DNA of 64,000 nucleotides from Camelus dromedarius (GCF_036321535.1 NC_087436.1:67892001-67956000); one strand, 5' to 3'; positions 27,680 through 41,853 are shown, counted from the stretch's first letter. Program-made: numbers and translations. Notes: generated by a model not told the origin, from the sequence alone.

Positions 27680-27940
27680 ATTATAACTATTATAATAGCT
27701 ATTACTTATATGACATTTAAGTGGAAGGCATTTTCTACAAACTTTGTATATATTAATACATTTACTTCTCAAAATAACTCTATAAACCCCATTTACACAT
27801 AGATGAAGAAACTGAGGCATAGAATATGGTTAAGTAACTAAAAACTTTCCCAAGGCCTGAGAACTAGTATGTGGCAGAGTGAAGATCTGGGAACACCAGT
27901 GATTTGGCTCCAGTGTTCACATTCGTAACCACTACAGCAT
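27680..27940 (-). mobile_element. MIR SINE
   Basis: 'agatgaagaaactgaggcatagaa...ttaagtaact...ttcccaagg...gtggcagag...tggctccag...taaccactac'. Confidence 0.8.
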
Positions 27941-28069
27941 GCTAGGCTTTAGCATTTTACCTGGAAAACCTTCAAAAGTGTCCCATTCAGCACAATTCTA
28001 AATATCCTAAAATATATAAGTTAATACCATCCCAAGTCTCAAAAAATTAACTGATAGGAAATGTAGTAG

Positions 28070-28890
28070 GAAAAAAAAAAGTACTACAGTAATAAAATTG
28101 AAAGACATATAAGAAGCCTAATAAGAAACACACAAAAATGTAGAAAATTATAAAATGTTAATAAAAATGTAAAAGATGATTTGAATAAGTAGATATATAC
28201 TATGTTTATAGACAGACTGTAATAAAGTATTTAAGAATACCAATTTTCCCACAGTAAATCTAAAGGTTCCATTCAATGTCAATAAAAGTCCTAGAAGAAA
28301 TTTTTTACAGAATTTGAAAGACTGATACTAAAATGCATATAGGTAAATCATGACACAAATAATTATCAACACAATTCTGAAAACTAAAAATAAAGTGGGA
28401 AAAATTTTCCTAAGAGATATTATGGTTTATTATGAAACTGTGAAATTAAAAGAGTGCTTTATTGACACAGAGACAAATAGATTAATAAGAAAAAAATGGA
28501 TCAAATATAGATAATGATACCTGAATATACTACAGACAAAAATAAATTCCTAAGAGAGTTAAGACTTGAAAGCAAAACTATTAAAATATAAGATAGATTT
28601 ATATGATCTTGAGTTCAGGTGGAATTTCTCAGAAACAATACAAATAGCATAAAAAGTATAACCTTAGAGTAAATTATTAATTTGACAAACTCAGTTGTGT
28701 TTAATTTTCATAAATATATTGAGCAAATGAAGGAACTCTAAATAAAATTGGAATATTTGAACAGACTTTTAGAAAAAATTAACCATGTAAACAACAAAGA
28801 ATTAGTATCCAGAAATTAAAAAAAAAAAAATAGAAATCAAAATTTACAGAACTCCATAGAAAATTATTACCTGGAATTAAGACTAGTCAG
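28070..28890 (+). mobile_element. Degraded L1M ORF2 fragment
   Basis: 'ttcaatgtcaataaaagtcctagaagaaattttttacagaatttgaaagactgatactaaaatgcatat' and 'aacaacaaagaattagtatccagaa'. Confidence 0.75.

Positions 28891-28892
<2 letters not shown>

Positions 28893-28926
<34 letters not shown>
28893..28926. repeat. (CA)17 microsatellite
   Basis: Seen directly. Confidence 0.95.
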
Positions 28927-28929
<3 letters not shown>

Positions 28930-28954
28930 CAATAAAAAATAACAGAAAAATCTC

Positions 28955-29783
28955 TGTCAGTAAATCCAGAACCCAACAACTTCTCTCACACCCTTTACTA
29001 TCGCTCTAGAACAAGCCATCATTGTTCTTGGCCAGGTTTATGGCAGTAGCCTCTTAAACCATCTACTAGTCTTTTTTTCTTTCAGTCTCCTCTCAACACA
29101 ACAATTAGGAAGATCGCATTAAATTAGAGATTGGTTATAACAATTCTAAAAATAACCAGCATTTTCTTCATCTCAACTTGAGTTAAAGCCTTAAAGTGTA
29201 GAGTGATTATAAATCCCACTTTGCTCAAGGGAGTTCTGTTTTATGTTTGTTGTTCCAACCCAGTTATTAATAATGCTCCCTCTCACTCTCAAAGTGTTCT
29301 GTTGGGTAATAAATATACAGTTATTTGGCAAGATCCAACCTCTATGAAATCTCCTTTCTTATCTTGTCCCCTTCTCCCCAATTATTCAGAATTAACATCA
29401 CTCTCTGCATGTTCTTGCTTCAGGGATTTTTATTTACATCTTAAATTTCATCTGCCTGAAACCCAAACATCCCTTGTCTACATCCACCTCAAGATTTTTG
29501 ATAAAATTTTAACTCATCAGTAAAGGACCATTTTATTTGTAATAGCAAAACCACCATCGTACTTCCACTTGATATACTCTACTCCCTAACTCTGCTTTAT
29601 TTTTCATCACAATTTTTTTATCACCTTTTGACATAGTAGATGTTCATTTGTTTATTTTTTCTCTTCCTCCATCCGTCTAGAATATAAAGGCATGGAAAGC
29701 AGGAATTTGTACTTGTTCATTCATGTCCAATGGTGCCTGTTACAAGTTACAGAATATGTATTCAACAAACATTTGTTTAATGA
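28955..29783 (+). mobile_element. L2a 3' region
   Basis: 'caagccatcattgttct...ggcagtagcctcttaa' through the L2 tail 'ctagaatataaagg..catggaaagcagga...attcaacaaacatttgtttaatgaa'. Confidence 0.8.
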
Positions 29784-31984
29784 AAAAAACAAACTAACTG
29801 TATTGCAGAATATTCTGCACAATACTGATACTATTTATGTAAAAATGCAAAATGTTAAGACATATAAAGAAATAATACTATGTACTATACTAATCCACAT
29901 ATACCAAAATTTTTATCATAGTTATGTTGGGGGAAGAAGAAACAAAAAATATGACTGGGAATGGTGTTATTGGTCATTTCAACCTTATCTGAAATACTTT
30001 TATACATTTATTAACAAAAGGGGAGGTAAATATGAAAAACTTAATGGTTTTAAATTCATAATGGTGGAAATACTGGTATTTTCATATTATTCTTTGTATT
30101 TTTTCTTGACTATATTGAATGTATTACTTTTCTGTCACTATAAATTGAATAGCAGTGAACCATGATTTTTCTCATTCACTAGTTAATCATTGGTAAGGTC
30201 TTCCATAAAATGCAAATTGTTTTGAAGAAACACATTTATTAAACCAATATGCCCCATTTAGTGGAAAATATTGAAGGTAAAATCATAAACTAGGAACAAA
30301 CAAATGATGTTCTGGGGTGTTATTTCCTCTACAACATAACTGAAAGAGTACCATTCATTTCAACCCTCTTTAACAATCTTTCCTATGGTAATCATAGAGT
30401 TGTCTTCCCAGCATAGCCTCTCATTAGGTCTTCAGTTTTGCCCCATGTCTCTTACTCAGTAAGTTCCCTCTTTCATTTTCCTAAACATAAAAGGAAAATA
30501 ATATTTACTGAAGTCACTTAACTTCCTAGTCTTTTGTTCATTCATGCAAAAATGTAACACTCTCAACCAATCTCACAGAACCAACTAACATCTTGTTTGT
30601 GAAAAGCTTTTTACGAACTCTAAATCATTTTATGATCATGAGGACTTATTACCATTCTGTGGAAAAAAACAATTCCCCCAAAATTTACCGATGATTTTTA
30701 TAGGGGAAAATATGTGAAAGAAAATTAAAGATAAATGCAGGTGTTAAAAGAGAGAGATTTTCCCATTAACCATAGATTAGTAATGAGAATAATAACAGGG
30801 AATTCTCGGCTGACAAAAACTTCTCTGTTCTTCATTTCTTGGCCAGTAATGTATAGGAAATTGTTCCATGTGACTCAGAAAGGATAACATATTTTAAATG
30901 ATTGTTTTCCATAACAATAATAGCATAGCAAAAGGTTGTATTGATGAGAACTTTATTTTGGGAACAGTGAACACAGAGCCACAATTGGATACCATGACAT
31001 TGCTGATAAAAATAATTTCAGCAAACCCAAAAAAGGCAAGCAATTGGGATTTTATCTTTCTGATACTTAAGAATCTATAAAAATCAACTGAGCAACTCAA
31101 AAGAAATGAAAACTTTAAAGAAATTGTTTTATGAGTAAACTCACAGAAATAATGACAGATACCAAAATTACATAGAAACATGTACATTGTAATCAGAAAC
31201 ATTTCAATTGGGGGCTACATTTTCAACAAATTACATTCTATGAAGAAAGGCTAAAGTTATCTCTAGACATGATGACAATATCATTTTATCCAAAAGATAA
31301 AGTGGAATCTACTGTGTGGGTGACTATCTTTTCTTTTCTTTTCTTTTCTTTCCTTTTTCCTTTTTTTTAAATTGATTTAGGTTATTTCCAGAACTAAAAA
31401 TAGTTTATATAGAATGAAGCAGTTGTATGAAACAGGATAACACACTAACAGAGAAATGATTTCATATGCATGAAAAAAGTAGTCTATATTATTTTCGTAT
31501 TTGTTTACAATCAGTTCAAACCAGAAATATACAAAGAAAGCCTATCATGTGCAAGACACATCATCAAGAATAAAACGTTTCCTTTCCTTAGATTTCGATG
31601 TATTTTTTAACCAAAACTTTCCAAAATTAGAATCTATATTGTCAATAAACAACAATTAGCTATGAGTTAATCAAAAATTATTTCTATGAATTTGTCCAGC
31701 TGAAGCTTTAAACATGTCTATTTGATCTTCGTTGCCACCTAGTTTTATGTCTTTGGTGTATGGAATGATTTATTTTCTGTTACTATCAGCAAAGAATATT
31801 TATTCTATCTGGTTTCTATCACCACATGGATATAAGGCATCTGTTCTAAGAGTCTGAGAACACAGAGATTTGTCAGTACATCATTCAATCCAAGGAGACC
31901 ACTACAGTGCCAGGTAGCAAAAAGATATCAAAAGATATACTGAGTGGATGAATGAATGAACAAAGTAAATTCCAATCTTTTATT

Positions 31985-33020
31985 GAAGTATTTAAAATAC
32001 TTGATAAATGGAAGGAGCATACTTTCCAAATTATGTAGAGGTTTAATCTAATTCTAGTCAACTTTCCAATGGGGATTTTTTAATAACTTGGCAAAATGAC
32101 TCTGAATGTTACAGGAAGAGAAAAAAGTAAAAAGAGTATAGACATTTTTGAAAAAGATTACTGGGATGTTTTCTGGTATATTAAAACACAAGATAAATTT
32201 GGAATTATCATAAAACTCAAGCTAGATATTGGATTAATATCATAGACTAGCTGGTCTAATATATTATTAATTTTTATATTATAAAAGTAGCATTACTAAT
32301 AAGAGTAAAAAAATTGATTTTTAACATACTGTATTGGAACAATTGGATAATCATCAGGAAAAAAATTAATTTTTTCTTCAAACTTATCCCAAGATAAATT
32401 CCAAGTGGACAAAACAAATGCAATAAATATAAACATTAAAACTTGTAGGTGAGTACTTGTTGAACACTCAGAAAAGGGCAAGGACTTCTTGATATAACAA
32501 TGGATTAAATCATAGAGGAAAAAGTCAATTGATTTGACTACATACAATTTTAATGCATCTGCTTCCCTTAACAGTTAATATGACTATCTTCTCAGCACTC
32601 ATCTCGGGCTGTGGGCCAACACCTGTATTTAAAACTAATACAATTAAAATCAAATGACAAAAATGAGGGAGATAACTGTAACAAATATGAAAATTAATAG
32701 ATTAATATCTTTAATAAACACTGAGTATAAAATTTAATTAAAGAAATATTTTCTCCACATCCAGTGAATCAACAATAATCATGATCAAAGCACTTTCAAA
32801 TGAAATGTAAGATAAGAATAAAACTATGGCAAATACCCAATATCACTAATGAAGATACACAAAATTAAATAACCATATATCATTTTTCCACCTATCAAGT
32901 TTTACAAACTTTTTTGTACAATGATAATATTCCACTATTATATGAAATCAGTACTACAGGCATTCTTAAATCAGGCTGGTGAAAAAGATACATTGACCTA
33001 ACCTTTGCAGAAAGCAATTC
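31985..33020 (+). mobile_element. Degraded L1M ORF2 fragments
   Basis: 'gataaatggaaggagcatac', 'tgtattggaacaattggataatc', 'catttttccacctatcaagtt', 'acctttgcagaaagcaattctg'. Confidence 0.7.
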
Positions 33021-34454
33021 TGACAGGAATTAAGACAGTGATCTCTCCTTGCAGGTGTGTAAAGTTAATGAAACCATGACGCTCATATTCTAGCTTAAAA
33101 TAATGTCACAGTCAAAAAAAGCACCAAGTCTGTAACCAAGATATAATTTTTAAAAAATTCTTCTGTTTTTATAACACTCTTATGGAATTATTTATCTTAG
33201 ACCAAATTAACAGTTCTTAAAAATTCCCTTATTTTCTACCTACTTCCATAATCTGTGAAGCTGTCCTCTTTCAACACGCTGTAAAAAAAACAAAAACAAA
33301 AACAAAACTTCCACTAGACTAGCCCAACTGCCTCATGTCCCTCTACATTTTCTCCATGGGTCCTCAATTCTGCACCAAAAAAGGAAAAAAAAAAAAAAAA
33401 AAGACAGAATGAACGTGGCAAACCGGAAAGCTGAGGGAGAGTGAAGCAGGTCAAGAGACACAGAGAAATAAATCAGGGGAATAGAGCCAGAATTTTCTTT
33501 CATGAGTACAGTTGATGTAAGACTTAAGGTCACTCCTAAATTAATATTCTGTTCTGATATTCAAGAAAATAATCAATATACTGTTAAAGATCGTTTTCAA
33601 AGAAAGATTCATTTGCAGCATTTAAATAATAGCAAAACATTGGACTCAATTACCATGTCCATTTATAGGTTAGAGATTAAGTCAATTATCAATCATTCAT
33701 ACAGGAAACATGTAGTGATTTAAAATCATGTATTAGAATAACGATACAAGAAAATTCTAAGTGGAAAAAAACAGGGCAAAAATATTTTCAAGATGACAGT
33801 ACTCTTACATGGAGGAAACAAAAGGAAGTGCACAAATAATGTTGCTATTGCTATTCTAGGCTTTTTCTTCAGGTTCCTTGTATTACATTATGTGTTTTCT
33901 AAAGTTCTGGCAGTAAACATGTTTCAATGATTTTTTAAAGGTAAAAAGAAAAGGTAAGAAAATGATTCTTTAGAATATTTAGTTTCATTTTAATCTTTGT
34001 AGTCACACTGATAGGAACAAAGTGACTAACTGCCAGTCAATCCCAGTTACTAAGAAAGTAAAGCAGTAAATTTTCTTCTATTAGATATAGCTAAAGCTAA
34101 GCATTAAGATTCTTGTTGTCTTTCTCTGGGCTATTATTACAGAAACCAGAGGAAATGGCATAATCATGACTCTAAACTCAGGATGGTGGCTGACAGTGTG
34201 TTGGTAAAAGAAACTCACTTTAACTAGCACAAGTCTAAGAGACCACAGAACTAATTTATCTTCTGATACAGTCCCAATTCTAAATGAGAGGAGAAATGGC
34301 AATGCATTAGTCTATGTCTCCAATGTCACAGTTCTAATTTAACACATTACTGAGAAGATAAATCTTTGACTATGTTCTGCATAAATAACATATTGTTATG
34401 ACACTGTTAATAAAGCATGAACAATTAGCCTAGGGATTTCTAGCACCTTTTTTT

Positions 34455-36870
34455 TTCATTTTATTCTTATTAAATATTGAGTCTATACAAATATTTGTAG
34501 AGTATATTTAAGGTATAAAATAATAATACACGAAAATCAACCTCTCAGTTTAAAAAGGAATATTATCTTGACTTTTACGTCTCTGGGTAAACTTCTCTAC
34601 TGAGCTGTAACTACTCTTCTGAATTTTTTATTTACTACTTTCTTATTTTTCTTTCTTACATTCACCAGAGGTTTGTATCTCGAAAATTATACTGTTGAGT
34701 TCTGCATGTTTTCAAACTTTATATAATGAAATTGTACTTTATCTCTCCTTCCATAACTGCTTTTTGACTCAACATTAGTTTCAGAGAGCAATCTTTGTTT
34801 ATTTATAAAATCAATGAAATTGTTCTTTGTATCAGCTATTTTATTTGATTATAAGATTATAGCCCATGTAAGGTATCTTTTCAAATATTGTTGGATTTTT
34901 TTTGTGAATTTGGGTGATTCACTTTTTTCTTTTTTTTTTTTTTTTCGCTATCACAATGTTGCTCTACCTTACATCTTTTGCACATTTCATGGCACCTGTG
35001 TACAATGAGTTTTAACATGCATATTTAGGAATGGAATTGTTGGGTCATAGGATAATCGGATTCAAAATTACTATATAATCCCGAATTGTTTCTATATAAA
35101 ATGTCTCCTATAGAGATACTTTATTCATTTTATACATTGCTAGATTTTGTATGCTAACAATGCTGTTTTAAATGCTTCATGTTCATGTCTGAGATTAGCT
35201 TACATTTTATTTGCTTACAATGTTTTTGTTAGGTTTTATTATCAAGGTTATGTTAATATTACAAACATGACCTGGGAATATTCGCTTTTCTTATTTTCTC
35301 TGAAAGAAGCATTTAAGATAATAATTATTTGCTCTTGAACATCTGGCAGATGTTTCTAATGAAACAATGTAGGCCTAGAGAGATTTTAGGTTTAAATGTT
35401 TTAATTAATGGTTACTATGTTACAGGGATTATATACAACTCAGGTATGATATTTAATTTTTATAAGATTATGATTTATTGTTATATAAATATTATAGGTC
35501 TTATTTCTAAAATACTTTGCTTTAAAATTATTATATTTAATCTTTGAATATCTTAAATATTTTGATAAACTATTATATCTCTGGTAACTTTTACATTTTT
35601 ATTCCAAATGTCTTTGTATCTTCTGTTTTTCCTCTGATCATACTTTCCAGAGTATCGTATCTTTTAAAAACTAATGCTTTTACTGGTATCCTCTATGATT
35701 CTATTATATTTCTGCTTTATTTTTTACTTTCTTTCCCCAATTTTTCAGTTTACACCTTCATTATTTTCTTACTTTCTTAATTGATTCCTATCTATTTTCA
35801 ACTCATTACATTTGTTCCATTTCAACTTACATTTGTTTCACCTTAGATTAAGATTCAATCCTTTAAACTTCCTCTAACATGCTGTTCAGATGAATTAATC
35901 AAGTTTTGATACTATATATTTTGTTGTTATTTTACAATTCAAATTATTTTGTTTAACTTTCACTTCAGGGTTTTTTTCTTTGACCCATTAGCTATCTATT
36001 TCCTGACTTTTGACATTTTTCCAATATCTCTCTGTTATAGATCTCTAATTGAAACACAGTATGGTAGAAGACTGTTCTTCATAATAAATCCTGTGAAATT
36101 TTTCTGAGATTTGCTTTATTTTCCAGATTGCAGTCAGCCTTCATAAATATGCTGTATGTCCTTGAAAAGAATATGTATTCTGAAGTTAGTGGTTCTGTGT
36201 TACATATACATCTATTAAATCAAATTTATTCATTTGTATTGAATAAATTTTCCATGTCCTTAAAAATTTTTATTTGCTCCATCTATTGGTTATTAATAGA
36301 AGTGTAAATAAAAATCATCAAAAATAAGTCTGGTTTTGCAAACTCATCTTCACAGTTTTATCAATGTTTACTTTAAATATTTTTGAAATGATATGATTAG
36401 TTAGGTAAGCTTATTATTTTTTCTAGTGAATTAAATATTTTGTCCTTATCTGGAGACCTCTTGATGATTTTTAATGCTTAATGTGCTTTGCTTTGAAACT
36501 ACTTTGTCTGATACATATTTCCACCAGCTTTTCTTTATTTAGTATTTGCTTTGTATGTCTTTTACTATCCTTCTTCTTTCAGTATTTCTATAGTCTTGAG
36601 GTTTAAATATACATTGTACTTTTAGCATACTCTGACAGTTTGTCTTTTTTAATAAAGAATTTACTCACTTTACACTTAATATAATAACCAATATTCCTGG
36701 AATATTTTCCACTATCTTATTTTATGACTCAATTTCTTCCATCTCTCCTATATAATTTTACTTCTTTTTCCTTTCATGTGGATAGATTATTTTTCTTCTT
36801 CCATTTAGATTTATCTACCTTATTTAACACTATGAAATCTGTTTTAAATTTTTAATGGTTAACTTAAATA
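34455..36870 (-). mobile_element. Degraded antisense L1M fragments
   Basis: T-rich strand with L1 motifs 'aggaatggaattgttgggtcatagg', 'cttgaaaagaatatgtattctg', 'ccaccagctttt'. Confidence 0.7.
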
Positions 36871-37144
36871 TGTTAATACAAAGTCCAAAGCTTCAAGTGC
36901 AGAAAATGAGAACAACAAAAGAATAAACTCATGGATACATCTAAATAAACAATAATAATAATTTATGTCAAGTTTTAAAACATACATATGGAACTAAAAT
37001 ACAGAAAAACAACAGCAAACAAATTGGGAAGAGGGATTATAGGGAGTTAGGTGTTCTAATCATAACTCCTATATTATGAATTATATATTATTTTAATATA
37101 ACATAACAATGTAATTTACAAGTCAAGACATCCCTAGGTAACCA

Positions 37145-37874
37145 TTTACCTGAAGTTAGCCAAACTCAAGATTAAGAACATAATCCTCCAAAAGACTACC
37201 TTTACTTCAAACACCAGCCACAAGCTCAAGGTTCCCCAGGGCCATAGTCACTTCTGACTAGCTGGCTATACATTTGGAGCTTCTAAAATAACCCTCAAGT
37301 TCAATAATCCACTAGAAAAACTCACAGAACTCAAGGAAAGCACCATACTTACAATTACAATTTTACAATAGCAAAAGGAAACAAATTAGAACTAGCCAAA
37401 GAAGAGAAACATAAAGAGAAGTCTGTGAGGGGTTCAAATGTCCCCAGGCACATGTTACCCTCCGAGCACTGAAATATGACAATACTCAAAGAATTCTGTC
37501 AACCAGGGAAGCTCACCCAAGCTTTGGTGTCCAGAGTATTTATTGGGGTTTTATTACCTAAGCATTATTGCCATATGACTCAACATCCAGCCTTCTATCC
37601 TACCTGAAGATTGGACTGATACGACGTGGTCCAACCCTATAATCCATGATTAGTCTTTCTGCCTTGGCCAGCTCTCATTCTGAGTCATCCTCTTCGCATA
37701 AGCTATCTAGGGGCTCACCATGAATCACCTCATTTGCATAAACTATCAGCTGGGGTCCCAGGGACCCATCATGAATAACAAAGACACTCCCATCACATGA
37801 GAAATTCCAAGGGTTTAGATTTTACCTATCAGGAATTGGGGATAAAAACCAGCCAATTTCCTTATTATATACCA
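37145..37874 (-). mobile_element. MER21-family LTR inside L1
   Basis: 'caaacaccagccacaag...cacttctgactagctggctata...actagaaaaactcacagaactca...aataacaaagacactcccatcac..gaaattccaagggttt'. Confidence 0.8.
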
Positions 37875-38437
37875 CTAAAAGAATTCATAAGAATGCATAC
37901 ACTAAATAATGAAAATTATAAGTAAAAAATAAAAGGACACAAAATAAGAACATAGGAATGGTAAGACAAATAAAAGGCAAACTGATTATATTAGATTTAA
38001 ATCCATATGCACTAAATACACACATTGAAAGAAAAAAATACAACTGGATTTAAAAGAAAATTTATATGCTGCTTATGAGAGATACATCTAACATGTAAGA
38101 ACAGAGTTAGAATGAAAAGAAAAAGAATAAAAGAATATACTATGCAAACACTAACAAGGTTGGTGTGGCTATATTAATATCAGGCAAGTCATTGTTATGA
38201 CAAAAAAGTATTATTAGAAGTAAGTAGGTACATTTCATAATAATGTAAGTTTAATTTATCAGAAATGTGTAACACGTATAAACTGTCATTGAACTAACAT
38301 AATTGTCTCAAAGTTATGAAGCAAAAAAAAAAAAAATGACAGAATAGAAGAAATAACCAAATCTATAATCATGCTAGGCAATTTAAAAACATCTATTCCT
38401 GTAACAAATAATTTTTTTTTAATGAAATAACACTTTG

Positions 38438-40399
38438 CATGGTTCTTAAAGTATGGTCTGTGTATGGACTCATGAAGATAATATTTCAAAAGTCCTTGTG
38501 CTCAAAACCATTTCTACAATAATTCTAAGATGTTATTTGCCTTTTCACGTACAAACTTACTGTGTTGACATATGTACTGGTGAAATAAAAGCAACGTTGG
38601 GTAAACAACTGGTGCTATTGACTAAAAAATACGTATAACCTAGAAGTTGAGAATTACATTTTATTTGGCAGCCTTACTGACAAATATAGCCCAGGATAGC
38701 AGCCTCTTAAGATAGCTCTGAGAGACTGTTCTGAAGAGGTAAGGGAGGACCCAGTATGTAGAGGAGTTTTTGTGAAACAAATAAACAAAAAACAAACAAA
38801 GAAACCAAAAATCAAAAAAGAAAAACATGTAGTTGAACATCAAAAGATTACTACTAGTCACAAAAAACAGATATCTCAAGTTGATGATTTTAGTGCTTAT
38901 CTATATATGGAAAGATGCAAGAGTCTGTACTCATTGAAATTATTCTTTTGACATGCATCTTAACTACCCACTGCCAGCATCCTGTTTTTCTCTATCTTGA
39001 ATTCCCCTCATATTGCACCATCAAGACAGCTGCAATGGCTGATAACTTTATGCCATAACATCCCTGGTTTACTGAAATGGTAAGTGATGTTTTTTGTCCA
39101 CAGCACATCAGCACAAGTCAAAGTAGTAGCACCAAACTGTACTAAGAGTCATTGTATTTTTTTACTACCATTCACTCACAGCTAAAAATAAGCAAATACA
39201 CAGGCAAACCGAAAATGTGTTTCAATGACCTCTAATATGATATTGTTATAAAGAATTTGATTAGTGACAACTCAGGTACTAATTCAGTTATTCCCAGCGC
39301 ATGATTTGATGACCCATGGGATCCCTAAAACCCTCAGTGGCAACAAGCCATACTAAAAGTCATGTATTTTTTACTGCCATGCACTTAAAGAAAAAAATAG
39401 TCATTTTTACTTAAAAACATCCTTGATGAACAATAATTACTATTAATTTTATTAAATCTTATCTATTGCACACACATTTTAAAATATGCTGTTACAAAGT
39501 ATGAATTATGCATAATGAATTTCTGTGTCATACAAAAGTATGATGGCTGTCCAAAAGAAAAATACTTGTACAATCATTTAAATTATGACTTAAACTAACC
39601 ATGGAGAATCATTTTCTTGAAAAAAGTATTGACAAGGTATTGTTATTTAGATTTGAGTATATAACATTTTTTTCAAAAACAAATGAGTTTATCATTTCAA
39701 GGAAAACAACTATAAATATTTTTTGTCAACGAGAAACTTATATATGCCACCATGAGCATGAAAGCTTCCCAATACGTAAAGATTCTTATGATAAGATTGT
39801 GGTGATACTAACAAATGTGATTTTTGGATATTGTATAATGGAATGTGTCAATATTTAGAAGATCTGCATATAACCAATATCTTCAGAAGACCAATGCATT
39901 ATGTTATAAAATCATGCATAGGTAAAGATCTATTCAAAGTGCAAACCAGACCGGGGATTTTAATGTAACTAACTGATATAGTTCCAAATTCTACACTGTA
40001 ACTAATTCAGTTTGTGGTATGGTACAAAAAATGATTATTCATTATTATCTGAAAATGCTATTAAAGTATCTCTTTTTTTGTTAAACTACATGTCCACATG
40101 AGTTTGGATTTTTTTCCCTCTACTTCATCCAAAACAATAGAGATTTGGAAAAAATGTAAAACAATGCTATATTCTCTCTGTTATCTTTTGGAAAATATAG
40201 TTATTTTTCCTAAAAGATGTTATTTATATTAACATGTAATAGTATAGTACTGTTATTTTAAATTATGTGGTACATATTTTTGAGTTTTCATTTTTAGTAA
40301 GGCAGATATCTATAGATATAACTCATATATACAATTTTTTTTTATGTTTTCAATAATTTTTAGGAGTTTAAAGAGGCCCAAAATGTTTTAGAATCTTTG
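38438..40399. mobile_element. Charlie1-like hAT DNA transposon (transposase remnant) inside L1
   Basis: Left end 'catggttcttaaagtatggtc'; internal 'tgtgttgacatatgtactggtgaaataaaagcaa..gggtaaac', 'gcaccaaactgtact..agtcattgta', 'gaagaccaatgcatt'; right end 'aaaatgttttagaatctttg'. Confidence 0.85.
38616..39102 (-). mobile_element. ERV1 solo LTR inside Charlie1
   Basis: 'ttgactaaaaaa...ttttatttggcagccttactg...gatagctctgagagactgttctgaagaggtaagggagg...ttttttgtccaca'; TSD GTGC/GCAC; Charlie sequence resumes immediately after. Confidence 0.85.
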
Positions 40400-40713
40400 C
40401 AGTAAAACAATCTAACAAACAATCAGTAAGGCTGGCCAAACTGAATATAGTTTGAATCATGTACCTAAAAGATAAAAATTATATATTCTTCAAAAGTTCA
40501 TACATTTACAAAATTAATGACATGCTGGGCATAAAGGAATTCTCAACAAATTTCAAGGTACTAAGAACATACAGAGTGCTCTCTAATCACAGAGGAATTA
40601 AGGTAAAAATCCATTAAACAATGATCACCTTATGTTTAGAAATCAACAAATATATTTTTAAATAATCTGCTACAGGAAAAACCACAATGTTGATTAGAAA
40701 ATATTTAGAAACT

Positions 40714-40775
40714 TGTTATGCTGTATATCAGAAATTGACACATTATAACTGACTATATTTCATTTAAAGGAAAAA
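40714..40775 (+). mobile_element. Ultra-short (~62 bp) lineage-specific L1 tail with 18-bp TSD
   Basis: Matches the end of the L1 at 15241-15308; flanked by AGAAAATATTTAGAAACT (40696-40713) and AGAAAATATTGAGAACCT (40776-40793). Confidence 0.85.
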
Positions 40776-41064
40776 AGAAAATATTGAGAACCTAATGACA
40801 ATGAAAATAGGGCATGTGAAATCTTACAAGATGCAGCTAAAGCCATAGTAAGAGGGTAAATTATAACTTCAATGTATATATTAGAAGAGATGAAAGGCTA
40901 ATAATCAGTGTGTTAAGTATCTATCTAAGTAAGATGAAAAAAAATTAGGACAAACCAAATACTCTAAATTTTTAGAATGTAAGAATTAATAATTAAAAAC
41001 TAGTAGAAATTAAAGAAAAACAAAATAAACATAGCCTGATCATGAAAGTCAAAAGTAGTTTCTT

Positions 41065-41495
41065 ATGAGTTGAGTTGAAGCATAATTTATATACAGTAAC
41101 AGTCACCCTTTTCCAAAAGTAAATTCTGACAAGTGTATATCTATATAACTACCACCTCATTTCTTTCACCAAAAAAGTCCCCTATGCCCCTTTGTGGTCA
41201 GTTACCCCTTTTGCCCCAGGCCTTAGCAATCATTCATTTGTTTTCTGTCCCCACAACATTTCCTTTCCCAGAATGACATATAAAAGGAACCCTACAATAC
41301 GCAGGACATTATTATCTGGCTTCTTCTACAGCATGAATTTTAGCTTTACTCATTCTAATGCATTTATCAATAGTGCATTTATTTTTATTGCTGAGTATCA
41401 TTTCATTATACAAGAGGTACTGTGGATTGCTCATACATTAATCAATAGATAGACATTTGAGTAGTCTCCATATTTTGTTGTTTTATGAATAAAAA
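41065..41495 (-). mobile_element. L1MB/MC-like 3' end, antisense
   Basis: 'ttgaagcataatttatatacagtaa..cacccttt...cccctatgcccctttgtggtcagt...tttttattgctgagtatcatttcatt'. Confidence 0.75.
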
Positions 41496-41853
41496 CAGGA
41501 CTGACCTTTATGGTCATGCAACCTGTGCAGTGGCAGAGTACCCACAATCACAAGGGCCCTATACCTGGCTTAGTGCTCTGCTGTCAGTGTCTTGAGATTC
41601 TTAATAATTTTATCTATGAACTTGTATTTCGTAAATGAAATCTGATGGAACAATGGAGCATGGACTTGAGTGGAGGAGGTACACACAATATGAGTATCTG
41701 CCATTCCTTGCTACCCCATTCACATATGGTGTTTTCAATGCCCCAAGAGTACAGAATTCCAGGGGGCCATGATGCATGGTAAGACTCAGAGCAAGTACAA
41801 GGCAAATGTCGTTTGCCTAGTACTGAGGATAAGCAGAGGCACTGACATCCCTG
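41496..41853 (+). mobile_element. MER45B-like hAT-Tip100 fragment
   Basis: 'caggactgacc..tcatgcaacctgtgcagt...tgctctgctgtcagtgtcttgagattcttaataatttt...gatggaacaatggagcatg...cagaattcc'. Confidence 0.8.

Noticed and set aside
29692..30165. Longest ORF in the track (157 aa)
   Set aside because: Spans an L2 tail and an L1ME-like 3' fragment; low-complexity AT-driven composition with no recognisable domain
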